Assembly (NCBI GenBank): GCA_021734995.1
Contig: JAIPHX010000003.1
Span: 75,969-139,968 of the forward strand
Origin: Minisyncoccota bacterium
GTDB taxonomy: Bacteria > Patescibacteriota > Minisyncoccia > Phycocordibacterales > UBA9973
Direction: 5' to 3'
Length of the DNA stretch: 64,000 nt
Numbering within the stretch: the stretch's first letter is position 1; every line of letters begins with the position of its first letter. Below, piece after piece: positions 33,790-43,947 of the stretch. Both the position numbers and the translations under genes were made by a program. The notes beneath the pieces are model-generated. The model made no database searches. It saw only the letters and a list, made by a program, of their open reading frames with translations, and was not told where the DNA came from.

Positions 33790-34593
33790 ATGAAATTCGA
33801 ACTTCCAAAGATTTTTCAATCAAAAAAACCAAAAGTACAAAACGAGCCAGTTTCTATTAAAGAAATTATAAACGGTAAAGAAGTTTATCGGCCTATTATG
33901 ACTTGCCTTATTGATTCTAGTAAAAAAGTTACAGAGCAGGAAATTGAAATAATAAAAACAAGAGGGTTTAATGTTAATTGGAAATATAGCAATAGAGAGT
34001 TAGAAATGTATCAACTTAAAAATAGTGGGGAAAGGACATATGTAATTTCTCGCATAGATAGTGAAGATAAATACTCAGAAGCATTTGTTAATTGTGTTGG
34101 TCTTGTAGCTGTGGGAGAAAATATCATTACGGGCAAACAGATATCTTTCATGTCTCATCAAAACCCTATCAGTATTTTAGGCGTAAATTATAGAGAATTT
34201 GAAAAAGATTTAGCAGATTCATTGAAAGAGTTAAAAATGAATTCTAAAGAAGGTAGTATTGATTTAATTTTGTTTGGTGGAAATAATTATATTATTCCAA
34301 TGATTTCAAAAGACATACAATCTGAGGAAAATCGCGTAGATTATACAATGGTTATAAAGAGATTAGGAGACATAATTGAAAAAAATTTAGGTATTGATCC
34401 TCTTGTCATTACTGGTCCACATATTATTGGTGCAATAAGTTTTAATGATGGTAGTGCGAGAGATACAAATGTTTATTTTGATAACAATCAACGTCGTTTG
34501 TTTTTATTACGACCCTTTATTTCATCAGGAGCAAATGAACCCTATAGAGCAAGTAAATTAGATGAGATGGTGAGTAAGTATGAATTATTTTAG
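33790..34593 (+). CDS. hypothetical protein
   Basis: 267-aa ORF, no motif. Confidence 0.4.
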   Translation: MKFELPKIFQSKKPKVQNEPVSIKEIINGKEVYRPIMTCLIDSSKKVTEQEIEIIKTRGFNVNWKYSNRELEMYQLKNSGERTYVISRIDSEDKYSEAFVNCVGLVAVGENIITGKQISFMSHQNPISILGVNYREFEKDLADSLKELKMNSKEGSIDLILFGGNNYIIPMISKDIQSEENRVDYTMVIKRLGDIIEKNLGIDPLVITGPHIIGAISFNDGSARDTNVYFDNNQRRLFLLRPFISSGANEPYRASKLDEMVSKYELF

Positions 34594-35008
34594 TAATGAA
34601 TTTTCAACAATGAAAAAACTTTTTTTAATCTTTGGTCTTTCTTTTATAATAAATTGGATATGGGAAAACGCACACGCAGTCTTGTATTTTTTGCCTAACG
34701 GAGAATCAATATCGCAATATATGTTACTTAGGTCAACTTTCTTTGATGCAATATTTACTTTGTTGGTAGCATTTATTTTTATCAAGTTTCCATATTTTAA
34801 TCAAAGAAAATGGTATGCATTAGTCTTTGGTATTGTTGTGGCTGTATTGTTAGAAAAAATAGCACTTGGTATGGGCTTTTGGGCATATACTGAATTTATG
34901 CCTATTATTCCTTTTATAAATACAGGACTTACTCCGACTATTCAGCTTGGTGTAATATCTTATACTGTCTTATCTTTTTTTGATCTTAAAATTAAAATAT
35001 TTAAATAA
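34580..35008 (+). CDS. membrane protein
   Basis: Four TM helices. The start may be the internal Met at 34610. Confidence 0.4.
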   Translation: MNYFSNEFSTMKKLFLIFGLSFIINWIWENAHAVLYFLPNGESISQYMLLRSTFFDAIFTLLVAFIFIKFPYFNQRKWYALVFGIVVAVLLEKIALGMGFWAYTEFMPIIPFINTGLTPTIQLGVISYTVLSFFDLKIKIFK

Positions 35009-35093
35009 GTCTCTTGAAAACTATCTTCGTTTCAAAATTATGTTATAACATTTGCTTGCGTTATGTTTTTTTAAATAATATAATTTTCATTAT

Positions 35094-35543
35094 ATGAATA
35101 ATAATGAAAAAATAGATTTGAGGCCAGACTGGATGAAATCAAATGAAGTGGGGAAAGGAATTTTGGCTTATAAAGGTACAAATTATGAGTTTACTATTCT
35201 AAAGAAGACAGTAGCTCCCAAACTGCCGGGATTTTTGGGTTATTTAGATAAGAAATTTCTTTTTATTTCAGAGGAGGTACCAGAAAAGTTTAGATTGCCT
35301 CAATTAATGCATGAAATAATTGAATTTATTGAATTGTCAGGATTAAAAGATAGGTGCTTAGGTGCTTTAGAACGCGAGCTTTCTGATTTTGTTCCTGAAG
35401 ATATTAAGCCAGAGTATATAGAGTATAGAAGAAATTTTTTCAAAAATCTTGTTTCTTACTATGATACAATTGAGAATTTTGAAGATAAAGAATTTCTGGC
35501 AGAAATTAAAGCTAGTTTAGATTTTTTGGAAGGTATAAAATAA
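35094..35543 (+). CDS. hypothetical protein
   Basis: 149-aa ORF, no motif. Confidence 0.4.
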   Translation: MNNNEKIDLRPDWMKSNEVGKGILAYKGTNYEFTILKKTVAPKLPGFLGYLDKKFLFISEEVPEKFRLPQLMHEIIEFIELSGLKDRCLGALERELSDFVPEDIKPEYIEYRRNFFKNLVSYYDTIENFEDKEFLAEIKASLDFLEGIK

Positions 35544-35546
35544 TTT

Positions 35547-36032
35547 ATGACAAAAAAAGCAGTATTAGCAGGGGGTTGTTTTTGGGGATTAGAAGAATTA
35601 ATCCGAAAACAGCTCGGAGTGGTAGATACAAGAGTAGGTTATGCTGGTGGCAAGAACACAAATCCCACATATCAGGATCATGAAGGTCATGCAGAAGCGG
35701 TAGAAATTACTTATGATGATACTCTGACCTCTTACAGACAAATTTTAAATTTCTTTTTTCAAATACACAATCCTACAACTTTAAATCAGCAGGGAAATGA
35801 TAAGGGTACATCTTATCGTTCTGCTATTTTTTATACTAATGAAGAAGAAAAAAAAGAAGCAATTGATTTTATTGATATCGTAAACAAATCAGGCCGTTGG
35901 CAGAATCCTGTAGTGACCACTCTTGAACCATTCTCTAAATTTTATTTAGCAGAAGAATATCATCAAGATTATCTTCAAAAGAATCCAAATGGCTATACTT
36001 GCCATGCTATTTATTTTGATAGTTATTTGTAG
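35547..36032 (+). CDS. msrA: peptide methionine sulfoxide reductase A
   Basis: Active-site GGCFWGLEE (GCFWG) and conserved YHQDYL. Confidence 0.85.
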   Translation: MTKKAVLAGGCFWGLEELIRKQLGVVDTRVGYAGGKNTNPTYQDHEGHAEAVEITYDDTLTSYRQILNFFFQIHNPTTLNQQGNDKGTSYRSAIFYTNEEEKKEAIDFIDIVNKSGRWQNPVVTTLEPFSKFYLAEEYHQDYLQKNPNGYTCHAIYFDSYL

Positions 36033-36105
36033 GGGTAATTTAGTAAAATATTTTTATATTTTCTTTTTCTTGTTTCTTTATTTGTAATTTTATATAATAA
36101 TATGT

Positions 36106-36795
36106 ATGAAAATTACAATAAGAGAGATTCCTAACCCCAAAAAAGAGCCTGACCTAAAAGAGTCTATTACTACATATTTTAAAATAAATGGGCATAAAAT
36201 TCCTTTTACTCATCAAGAGACTACCGCTAATTGTGGACCACTTGCTCTGGTAAATGGTGCAAAAACATTACAATCTGTCTCAAAAGAATTTTTTATGCCT
36301 AAAGATTTTCCTATAACCGCTAAAGGAATAAGAGAACTCTTTATTTTAAAGCCAAGTTTAAAAAAACAAATCTGGGGGACACACTCAGATGAGACTATTG
36401 TTAGTGACTCTTTTCCTTTACTTACTACTCATGTAGATAATTTATTAAGAATGCTTTGTCAAGGTTCAAATTTAAAAATCATTGGAGACAGATTCCATGT
36501 GAATAATACTAGTGAGGTTATGAAAATGGGGCAAACCGATAAATCCATTGATCAAGCAGACTGGTTATTTTGCCATAAAAGCATGGGTAAAATTGGTCAT
36601 TATGTCAGTTTCGTACGGATCAATAAAAATGAATGGGTTTTACTAGATTCTCTGATGAAAGAACCGCTAGTTGTTAATCAAAATCATATAAAAAATGAAT
36701 ATAGAGATACAAAACAAAGCTTCCCTCTTTTTGTTGCTTTAAAGGTTTCTTTAAAGGTTGAGGCTTCTCCTATTATAATTACAAGAACGAAATAG
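36106..36795 (+). CDS. hypothetical protein, possible C39-like cysteine peptidase fold
   Basis: TTANCGPLAL (Cys) ... GHYVSFV (His) suggests a papain-like Cys/His pair. Tentative. Lies between msrA and a duplicated msrA 3' end. Confidence 0.35.
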   Translation: MKITIREIPNPKKEPDLKESITTYFKINGHKIPFTHQETTANCGPLALVNGAKTLQSVSKEFFMPKDFPITAKGIRELFILKPSLKKQIWGTHSDETIVSDSFPLLTTHVDNLLRMLCQGSNLKIIGDRFHVNNTSEVMKMGQTDKSIDQADWLFCHKSMGKIGHYVSFVRINKNEWVLLDSLMKEPLVVNQNHIKNEYRDTKQSFPLFVALKVSLKVEASPIIITRTK

Positions 36796-36809
36796 TTTTG
36801 ATTCTTTAT

Positions 36810-36898
36810 GCTACGCAGAAGAATATCATCAAGATTATTTACAGAAAAACCCAAATGGCTATACTTGCCACGCTATTTATTTTGATAGTTATTTATAG
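36810..36898 (+). pseudogene. duplicated 3'-terminal fragment of msrA
   Basis: cgcagaagaatatcatcaagattatttacagaaaaacccaaatggctatacttgccacgctatttattttgatagttatttatag is ~90% identical to 35945..36032. It encodes ...[26 protein letters not shown]. Confidence 0.7.
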
Positions 36899-36971
36899 AT
36901 AGAGCTTTCTATAAAAAAATAGAAAAATAGTTTGGTGCCCAGTCAAGTCTACTTTGTGCTATAATGTATAT

Positions 36972-37700
36972 ATGAATAATATAAACAAATGGTACTTATA
37001 TGTTGTTGTGCTTTTAGTAGTGGCTACTGCTGTATATTTTTTTGTTTTTAACAAAAAGGACAGTATTGATGATACTTCTATGTCTAAAACTATCCAGATG
37101 TGTTATCGTTACGAAGAAAAAACTTCTTCTGGGTTCTACGATAAGGCATGGCTTAAAATGGATATAACAGAAGAAAAGGTTGTAGGAGAATACAGAAATC
37201 TTCCTGCTCAAAAAGATAGTAAGATTGGTAAATTTGAAGGGACTGTTGGAGCAATGAACCCAAACACAAGTAGCAGAACAGCAGATGTGATGTGGGAAGC
37301 TTTAGCTGAAGGAATTCTCAATAAAGAGCAATTAAAAATAAATTTTGGAGAAGGAAGTGCTGTAGCAATGTTTGGTGTAATGTCTGATAAAGGAGACGGT
37401 ACATATGTATATAAAGATCCAACAAATCTTTCTGCTAGCTTTCAAATGTCTCAAATTGATTGTGTTTATCTAGATGATTATATATTTGTAGAAAAGTATA
37501 TTAGAGAAAATATTAATTCTATTGTGGAAGAAGCACCTGTCCTTGGAGGAAGCTGGTATCCTACTAGAATATATATAAATCCTTTTGCTCAATCTGGGAC
37601 TATTTCTTATGAGGATGGCCATATTCAAGGAGAAATGGATTTTTATTATATTAGAGATGGTGAAAATGTAGAAATCAACAAATTGGATTTGTCTAAATAA
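36972..37700 (+). CDS. membrane-anchored hypothetical protein
   Basis: Start moved to MNNINKW. Single N-terminal TM, then a soluble domain. Confidence 0.45.
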   Translation: MNNINKWYLYVVVLLVVATAVYFFVFNKKDSIDDTSMSKTIQMCYRYEEKTSSGFYDKAWLKMDITEEKVVGEYRNLPAQKDSKIGKFEGTVGAMNPNTSSRTADVMWEALAEGILNKEQLKINFGEGSAVAMFGVMSDKGDGTYVYKDPTNLSASFQMSQIDCVYLDDYIFVEKYIRENINSIVEEAPVLGGSWYPTRIYINPFAQSGTISYEDGHIQGEMDFYYIRDGENVEINKLDLSK

Positions 37701-37738
37701 TTTTCTATATATAAATATTTTATTAATTCATTTTTTAA

Positions 37739-38059
37739 ATGATTAAAAATAATTATAAAATAAAATCACAGGTCTGGGTTTATCCAGGAGAGACAGCTAA
37801 TTGGCATTTTGTAAATGTCCCCAAAAAAGAATCTGATGAAATAAAAAAGAATTTTGGTCCACAAAAAGGTGTAAGACAAAGAGGTTGGGGTTCTGTTTCT
37901 GTCAGTGTCTCTATTGGTAAGACAAGTTGGAAAACTTCTATTTTTCCTGATAAAAGATCGGGGACTTATCTATTACCTCTAAAAGCAGAGGTAAGAAAAA
38001 AAGAGGGGATTTATGATAAAGATAAAATTAATTTTACAATAAAAATTTTACCTAAATAG
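37739..38059 (+). CDS. DUF1905-family protein
   Basis: WVYPGETANWHFVNVP ... GWGSVSVSVSIGKTSWKTSIFPDKRSGTYLLPLKAEVRKKEGI matches the DUF1905 pattern. Confidence 0.5.
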   Translation: MIKNNYKIKSQVWVYPGETANWHFVNVPKKESDEIKKNFGPQKGVRQRGWGSVSVSVSIGKTSWKTSIFPDKRSGTYLLPLKAEVRKKEGIYDKDKINFTIKILPK

Positions 38060-38151
38060 TATTTAGGGTCTTGGTGTGTTACACTTAAAAAGTACACTAG
38101 AAAAGAATTGAAATGAAGATGGTAGTATAAAAAAGTATTTAAATAAAAATT

Positions 38152-38718
38152 ATGAAACTTTCTGATGAAAATTTGATAGCGAGTTATTTGGAGGGAAACG
38201 ATAAATCCTTGTCTGTGTTGATCGATAGATATCTTGATGATTCTTTTAGGTTTGCTATGAGTATTGTGAAAGATGAACAAGTAGCAGAGGATATTGTGCA
38301 AGAGTCTTTTATAAAAGCATGGAAAAATGTGCGGAGGTTTATTCCTACCAATAATTTCCGTAAATGGCTTTTTAGTATTATTCACAACACTGCTATAGAT
38401 TATTTAAGAGCAAAAAAAGAAATTGTTTTTTCTCAATTTGAAAATATAAATGGAGAAAATCCATATATAAATCAAATTAAAGATGATGCAATGTTGCCTG
38501 ATGAGCTTTTAAACAAAGCTCAAAATATGTTTTACATGCAAAGTGTTTTGGAAGAAATTAATCCAAAATATCGTGAAGTTATTCTTTTGAAGCAAGATAA
38601 TGATATGACTTTTGAGAATATTGGCAAAATCTTAAAAAGACCTCTACACACTGTCAAAAGTCAGTATCGTAGAGGAATTGTTTTAGTAGCTAGATTACTG
38701 AAAGCTCAAAATATATAA
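38152..38718 (+). CDS. ECF-type RNA polymerase sigma-70 factor
   Basis: Region 2 (FRFAMSIVKDEQVAEDIVQESFIKAWKN) and region 4 HTH (MTFENIGKILKRPLHTVKSQYRRG). Confidence 0.8.
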   Translation: MKLSDENLIASYLEGNDKSLSVLIDRYLDDSFRFAMSIVKDEQVAEDIVQESFIKAWKNVRRFIPTNNFRKWLFSIIHNTAIDYLRAKKEIVFSQFENINGENPYINQIKDDAMLPDELLNKAQNMFYMQSVLEEINPKYREVILLKQDNDMTFENIGKILKRPLHTVKSQYRRGIVLVARLLKAQNI

Positions 38719-38734
38719 CAATATTTGTTTTTAA

Positions 38735-39154
38735 ATGAAAATGCACCAAAAGAGGTGTTTTTTGCGTATATATAATATGGGGGGAAAAATATTAAAAAAT
38801 GATTTAAAAAATAGAGTGATCCTTTCTATCCAAAAGGAAGAAGTTCGTCAAGCTAAAATCTGGGTATCAATCTCATTAGTTACTTCTTTGTTGTCATTTG
38901 TTGGTATTTTTTATTATATAAAAAATCTGATTAATGTTTTTTATAATTCAGGTTTGTATAATTATTTTTCCATTATAATGTCTGATACTGATATAGCATT
39001 AGAGCATTGGCAGTATTTATCATTGTCTATCTTAGAATCATTGCCGGTATTTCAAATTGCCACTTCTTTTGTCATTGTTATTATTTTTATGGTATCTATT
39101 CGTGTATTGGCGAGCAATATGCGAAAAGATATAAGTTTTTCTTTTATTAATTAA
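38735..39154 (+). CDS. candidate anti-sigma factor (membrane protein)
   Basis: Lies immediately downstream of the ECF sigma. TM helices. The start may be the internal Met at 38777. Confidence 0.4.
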   Translation: MKMHQKRCFLRIYNMGGKILKNDLKNRVILSIQKEEVRQAKIWVSISLVTSLLSFVGIFYYIKNLINVFYNSGLYNYFSIIMSDTDIALEHWQYLSLSILESLPVFQIATSFVIVIIFMVSIRVLASNMRKDISFSFIN

Positions 39155-39165
39155 TTTAATTTATT

Positions 39166-39663
39166 ATGGATATTAAAGAATATTTAAAATCAAGTTCATT
39201 TAAAGGTGTGATAATTGGATTATCAATCGGGGTGTTTTTGCTGGTAATATTTCAATCAGGAGTTTTGGTTGGTTACAAGAGAGCAATGTTCTCAAATAGA
39301 ATGGGGAATAATTTTAATAAAAATTTTGTAGATCCTCGTGGTCGTGGTATGGGAATGATGGGAGAAAAATTTGGTAAAGGAAACATGTCTGTGGGTCATG
39401 GTGCAGCTGGAAAGATTATCAGTATTGGTGATATGAGTTTAGTAGTTGCTGATGCTGAAAATCTTGAAAAGATGGTGCTAATAAATGAAGATACTGTAGT
39501 GAGAAAGTTTAGAGATGATATTAAATTTGCAGATTTAAAAGTAGGAGATTTTGTTGTGGTGTTTGGAGCACCAAATGAAAATGGTGGGATAGATGCAAAA
39601 CTTATCAGAAATACTCCAGAAATATCAAATAATATGAAAAATGGTGTAGCACCTAAGAAATAA
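39166..39663 (+). CDS. membrane-anchored hypothetical protein
   Basis: N-terminal TM and a Gly-rich region. Directly upstream of the efflux adaptor. Confidence 0.4.
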   Translation: MDIKEYLKSSSFKGVIIGLSIGVFLLVIFQSGVLVGYKRAMFSNRMGNNFNKNFVDPRGRGMGMMGEKFGKGNMSVGHGAAGKIISIGDMSLVVADAENLEKMVLINEDTVVRKFRDDIKFADLKVGDFVVVFGAPNENGGIDAKLIRNTPEISNNMKNGVAPKK

Positions 39664-39664
39664 T

Positions 39665-41341
39665 ATGAAAAAAAAGTTTTTTACATTAAAAAATTGGGTT
39701 CTTGCTCATAAAAAAATAGCTATTTTAATATTAGTTGTTTTTATTGGATTGATTTTTGGTGGCTTTAAAATTTTTGGGAATAATGCCGAAGATCCTCGTT
39801 ATGTCTTAGCTATCGCTAAAAAAAGTGATTTAGTCACTACCATAAATGGGACAGGGCAAGTTTCAGCGTCCAATCAAGTTGACGTGGTCAGTAAGGTATC
39901 TGGGGAAGTGTTATATCTAAATGCAAAATCTGGACAAGAGGTAAAGAATGGTCAGTTGTTGGCACAAGTTGATTCAGGTGATGCAAAGTATGATCTAGAA
40001 ACAGCTAGATTGTCTTATGATGATTTGGTCACTGTTGATGCTGATGAACTTCGTGATACTGAAAACGCTTTAGAACAAGCAGTGCTTGATCTTGAATCTT
40101 CTTATTTAGATGCTAGGTCCAAATTATCTTCTGCTGTGACAGATATCAATGATGTAATGTCTGGAGTAGATGATTTATTTAGTGGTTATTTAAGTACTTC
40201 TAATAATTTTAATTTAAGTAGAGCAGAAAAAGATTATATTGATAGGGCAGAGCAATTTTGGTATAGCGCTGATCGTCTATTGAATACTTTCTCTAAAAAA
40301 TATAGAACACTTTCTATTACCGCTAAAGATGAAGATATTGAATCAAATCTTGTAGAATTAAATAGTATTGTAAATTCTATTGTAGAAGCTACTAAATATG
40401 CAAAAGATGCAGTGGTATATAGAAGAGATACAGCAGACAATACTTCTACTTCTGCAGATACAGCATATCTTGATGTAAATGATTTATTGACCAAAATAAA
40501 TACTACAGCTTCTAATGTTTTATCTGCTCGTAATTCAATCTTGAATAATAAAAAAAATGTTGATAATAAAAAGTATGATTTAAAAAAATTAAAAGATGGG
40601 CCTGATACTTTGAGTCTTAGAGAAAAAGAGCTTTCTGTAAGACAAAAACAAAATACTTATGCTGATTATTTTATCCGAGCTTCTTTTGATGGAATTATTG
40701 CTTCAGTGAATGCTACTAAGGGACAAAATGTAAGCAATGGTACAAATATTGTTACATTGATTACAAAACAAAAAATTGCTGAAATTTCTTTAAATGAAAT
40801 AGATGTTGCAAAAGTTGAGGTTGGTCAAAAAGCGACTCTTTCTTTTGATGCTTTAGAAGAATTAAAATTGGACGGAGAAGTAATAGAAGTAGATTTGGTT
40901 GGTACTACTACTCAAGGAGTGGTAAATTATAAAGTAAAAATTGGTTTTAATTCAGATAATGAAAAAATTAAAACAGGAATGACTGTCAGTGCAGACATTG
41001 TTACTTCTAAAAAAGAAAGTGTGATAAATGTACCTATTAGTGCAGTAAAAACTCAAAATAATAGAAGTTTTATTGAAATTGTAGATCCGGCAATAGAGAT
41101 TACTAGAGAAAATCAAGTTGTTGGCAGTGTTTTGAGCACACTTCCTAAAAGAACACCTGTTACTGTTGGAAGTCAAAATGAAGATTCAATAGAGATAGTT
41201 TCTGGATTAGATGAGGGGCAAATGTATGTTGTACGAATGATCGTCTCTTCTTTGACCACTACCACAAATCAAAATTCAAGTTTGTTTGGCGGTAACATAA
41301 GGACAGGTACAGGTGGGGCAACAAGAAATTTTCAGAGATAA
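39665..41341 (+). CDS. periplasmic adaptor (membrane fusion protein, HlyD/MacA-like)
   Basis: N-terminal TM, long coiled-coil hairpin, C-terminal beta-barrel. Followed by MacB-type ABC genes. Confidence 0.65.
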   Translation: MKKKFFTLKNWVLAHKKIAILILVVFIGLIFGGFKIFGNNAEDPRYVLAIAKKSDLVTTINGTGQVSASNQVDVVSKVSGEVLYLNAKSGQEVKNGQLLAQVDSGDAKYDLETARLSYDDLVTVDADELRDTENALEQAVLDLESSYLDARSKLSSAVTDINDVMSGVDDLFSGYLSTSNNFNLSRAEKDYIDRAEQFWYSADRLLNTFSKKYRTLSITAKDEDIESNLVELNSIVNSIVEATKYAKDAVVYRRDTADNTSTSADTAYLDVNDLLTKINTTASNVLSARNSILNNKKNVDNKKYDLKKLKDGPDTLSLREKELSVRQKQNTYADYFIRASFDGIIASVNATKGQNVSNGTNIVTLITKQKIAEISLNEIDVAKVEVGQKATLSFDALEELKLDGEVIEVDLVGTTTQGVVNYKVKIGFNSDNEKIKTGMTVSADIVTSKKESVINVPISAVKTQNNRSFIEIVDPAIEITRENQVVGSVLSTLPKRTPVTVGSQNEDSIEIVSGLDEGQMYVVRMIVSSLTTTTNQNSSLFGGNIRTGTGGATRNFQR

Positions 41342-41343
41342 TT

Positions 41344-42054
41344 ATGATTGAAATTAAAAACATAACAAAAACATATAAGACTGGAGATTTTGAATTTCAG
41401 GCATTGAAAGGAGTTTCTTTTGATATAAATGATGGAGAGTTTGTAGCCATTATGGGTCCTTCTGGATCAGGTAAATCTACATTGATGCATATATTGGGAT
41501 GCCTTGATACCCCTACTTCGGGGAATTATCAATTAGATACAAAAGATGTGTCTGTGTTGTCAGATGATGAATTGGCTGATATTCGGAGAGAAAAAATTGG
41601 CTTTGTTTTTCAATCTTTCAATTTGTTGCCTCGGGCATCTGTAGTGCGTAATACAATTTTGCCTTTAGTGTATGCTGGAATTACAAAAGAAGAAAGGCTT
41701 GAAAAGGCAAAAATAGCCTTAGCTTCTGCTGGTTTAGATGAAATTTATTTTGAACATCTTTCCAATCAGTTATCAGGGGGGCAGATTCAAAGAGTTGCTA
41801 TTGCTAGGGCTTTGGTAAATAATCCAAGTTTAATTTTGGCTGATGAACCTACAGGAAATCTAGATACAAAAACAGGAAATATTGTATTGGGAACATTTCA
41901 AAAATTAAATGAAGATTTTGGTAGAACTATTATTTTAATTACTCATGAAAAAGAAGTAGCAGAGCATGCAGATAGGATAATCTTTATTAGAGATGGCCTG
42001 ATTGTGGAAGACACAAAAACACATCAGAAAAAAAGTGTAAGACATTTACTATGA
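41344..42054 (+). CDS. ABC transporter ATP-binding protein (MacB/LolD-like)
   Basis: Walker A GPSGSGKST, signature LSGGQIQRVAIARAL, Walker B ILADEPTGNLD. Confidence 0.85.
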   Translation: MIEIKNITKTYKTGDFEFQALKGVSFDINDGEFVAIMGPSGSGKSTLMHILGCLDTPTSGNYQLDTKDVSVLSDDELADIRREKIGFVFQSFNLLPRASVVRNTILPLVYAGITKEERLEKAKIALASAGLDEIYFEHLSNQLSGGQIQRVAIARALVNNPSLILADEPTGNLDTKTGNIVLGTFQKLNEDFGRTIILITHEKEVAEHADRIIFIRDGLIVEDTKTHQKKSVRHLL

Positions 42055-43274
42055 AAACAATAGATATTTTACAAGAAACATATTCAGCTTTACTTTCAAA
42101 TAAAGTACGAACAGGACTTACAATGCTTGGTATTGTGATTGGTATTTCTTCGGTTATAGCAATGGTATCTATTGGTAAAGGAGCACAAAGTACTATAGAG
42201 ACAAATATTCAATCTATTGGCTCAAACTTGATTCAAGTTATCCCTGGGGTACAAGGAGGCGCTGGTTCACAGGTAAGTCAAGGAAGGGGAACTGCTAAAA
42301 CACTTACTTATGATGATGCTTTAAACATTAAAGAAAAAATTTCTTCTATAAAAGCAGTTGCTCCTGAATTATCTGGGAGATATCAAATTACAGGAAAGGG
42401 GACAAATACAAATACTTCTGTGGTAGGAGTAACAGCGGATTATTCAGATGTTCGTAATATCAGTATTGCAGAGGGGTCTTTTATTTCTGAGCAACATTTT
42501 CGGGGTATGTCTAAAGTTGCAGTGCTAGGTCCAACCACAAGAGATGATCTTTTTGGTGAGGGTGTATATGTGATAGGACAAAATATTAGAATCAATAATA
42601 TTCAGTTTAAAATTATTGGAGTCACCACCTCAAAAGGAGGAAGTGGATTTTTAAATCAAGATGATAGAGTGTTTATTCCTCTTACAAGCGCTCAAAAATT
42701 TTTAGCTGGGGATCCTTATCTTTCTAATATAAGTGTCCAAGTATTAGATAATTCTTTGATGGCAGAATCTCAGATACAGATCACCAATTTACTTTTAGAA
42801 CTTCATAATATTTCAGATAAAGCTCAGCCAGATTTTAGTATTTTAAATCAAAATGATATTGTAGCCACAGCTTCTAGTATCACACAAACCTTCACAATTT
42901 TACTTGGAGCAGTAGCAGGTATCTCTTTGTTGGTGGGAGGGATCGGTATCATGAATATGATGCTTACGACTGTAACAGAACGTACAAGAGAAATCGGACT
43001 TAGAAAAGCCATTGGAGCAAAAAGAAAAGATATAAATTTACAATTTTTAATTGAAGCAGTGGTTATTACATTATTGGGAGGAATAATTGGTGTATTGCTT
43101 GGGAGTATCGCTTCTTTTTTTATAAATCTTTCAGGTTTAATCCAAACTAAAATTTCATTAAACTCTATTTTGCTTGCGTTTAGTGTTTCTGCGGTTATTG
43201 GTGTTGCTTTTGGTTATTATCCTGCACGCAGAGCTTCCAATCTAAATCCTATTGATGCATTGCGTTATGAATGA
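42051..43274 (+). CDS. ABC transporter permease (MacB_PCD + FtsX domains)
   Basis: N-terminal TM, large periplasmic domain, three C-terminal TM helices (FtsX-like). Confidence 0.75.
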   Translation: MKTIDILQETYSALLSNKVRTGLTMLGIVIGISSVIAMVSIGKGAQSTIETNIQSIGSNLIQVIPGVQGGAGSQVSQGRGTAKTLTYDDALNIKEKISSIKAVAPELSGRYQITGKGTNTNTSVVGVTADYSDVRNISIAEGSFISEQHFRGMSKVAVLGPTTRDDLFGEGVYVIGQNIRINNIQFKIIGVTTSKGGSGFLNQDDRVFIPLTSAQKFLAGDPYLSNISVQVLDNSLMAESQIQITNLLLELHNISDKAQPDFSILNQNDIVATASSITQTFTILLGAVAGISLLVGGIGIMNMMLTTVTERTREIGLRKAIGAKRKDINLQFLIEAVVITLLGGIIGVLLGSIASFFINLSGLIQTKISLNSILLAFSVSAVIGVAFGYYPARRASNLNPIDALRYE

Positions 43275-43286
43275 TAATATTAAGAG

Positions 43287-43841
43287 GTGAATAACTTTTC
43301 CGAAGATGAGAATGTAATCACTGAGAGGATTGACCATATGATAGAGCATAGAGCTTTTTGGTTGATGCTCGGGTTGATTGCTGGATTATTTTCTACTCTA
43401 CTTATTGCAAAATACGAAGCAATTCTTTATGCAGATATCCGTCTAGCTTTCTTTATTCCGATTGTGGTATATGTAAGTGCCGCAGCGGGAGTGCAGACCA
43501 CTACTATTTACATAAGGGCATTAGCTAGTAAAAGAAAGATAGATTTTCATAAGTACTTATTAAAAGAGACTATCAATGGAGTAGGATTGGGGATAATAGC
43601 TGGTATAGTCCTTGGTGCTTTTGCTTATTTTTGGCTTCACTCAACACAGATTGCTTGGACTTTAGCATTCACAATGCTTATAAACCTTACTATCGCTCCA
43701 GCTCTTGGTGTTTTTGTGCCAAGATTGCTTTACAAAGAAAGAGCAGATCCTGCTTTGGGTTCTGGTCCTGTGGACGCTATTGTTCAAGATATTATTAGTC
43801 TTTTAATTTATTTATTTATGGCTAGTATATTTATTTTGTAG
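43287..43841 (+). CDS. MgtE-like divalent cation transporter membrane domain protein
   Basis: Five TM helices. PALGSGPVDAIVQD resembles the conserved MgtE TM-domain motif. Lacks the cytoplasmic CBS part. Confidence 0.45.
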   Translation: MNNFSEDENVITERIDHMIEHRAFWLMLGLIAGLFSTLLIAKYEAILYADIRLAFFIPIVVYVSAAAGVQTTTIYIRALASKRKIDFHKYLLKETINGVGLGIIAGIVLGAFAYFWLHSTQIAWTLAFTMLINLTIAPALGVFVPRLLYKERADPALGSGPVDAIVQDIISLLIYLFMASIFIL

Positions 43842-43947
43842 AAAATGTAGAAAGTAAATATAAATTGTTTATTTTTAAATTGTAGATGCCACAACAATCT
43901 ATTCTGAAGCCTAGATTTTAGTTTTATTTTAGTATATTATTGCAAGT

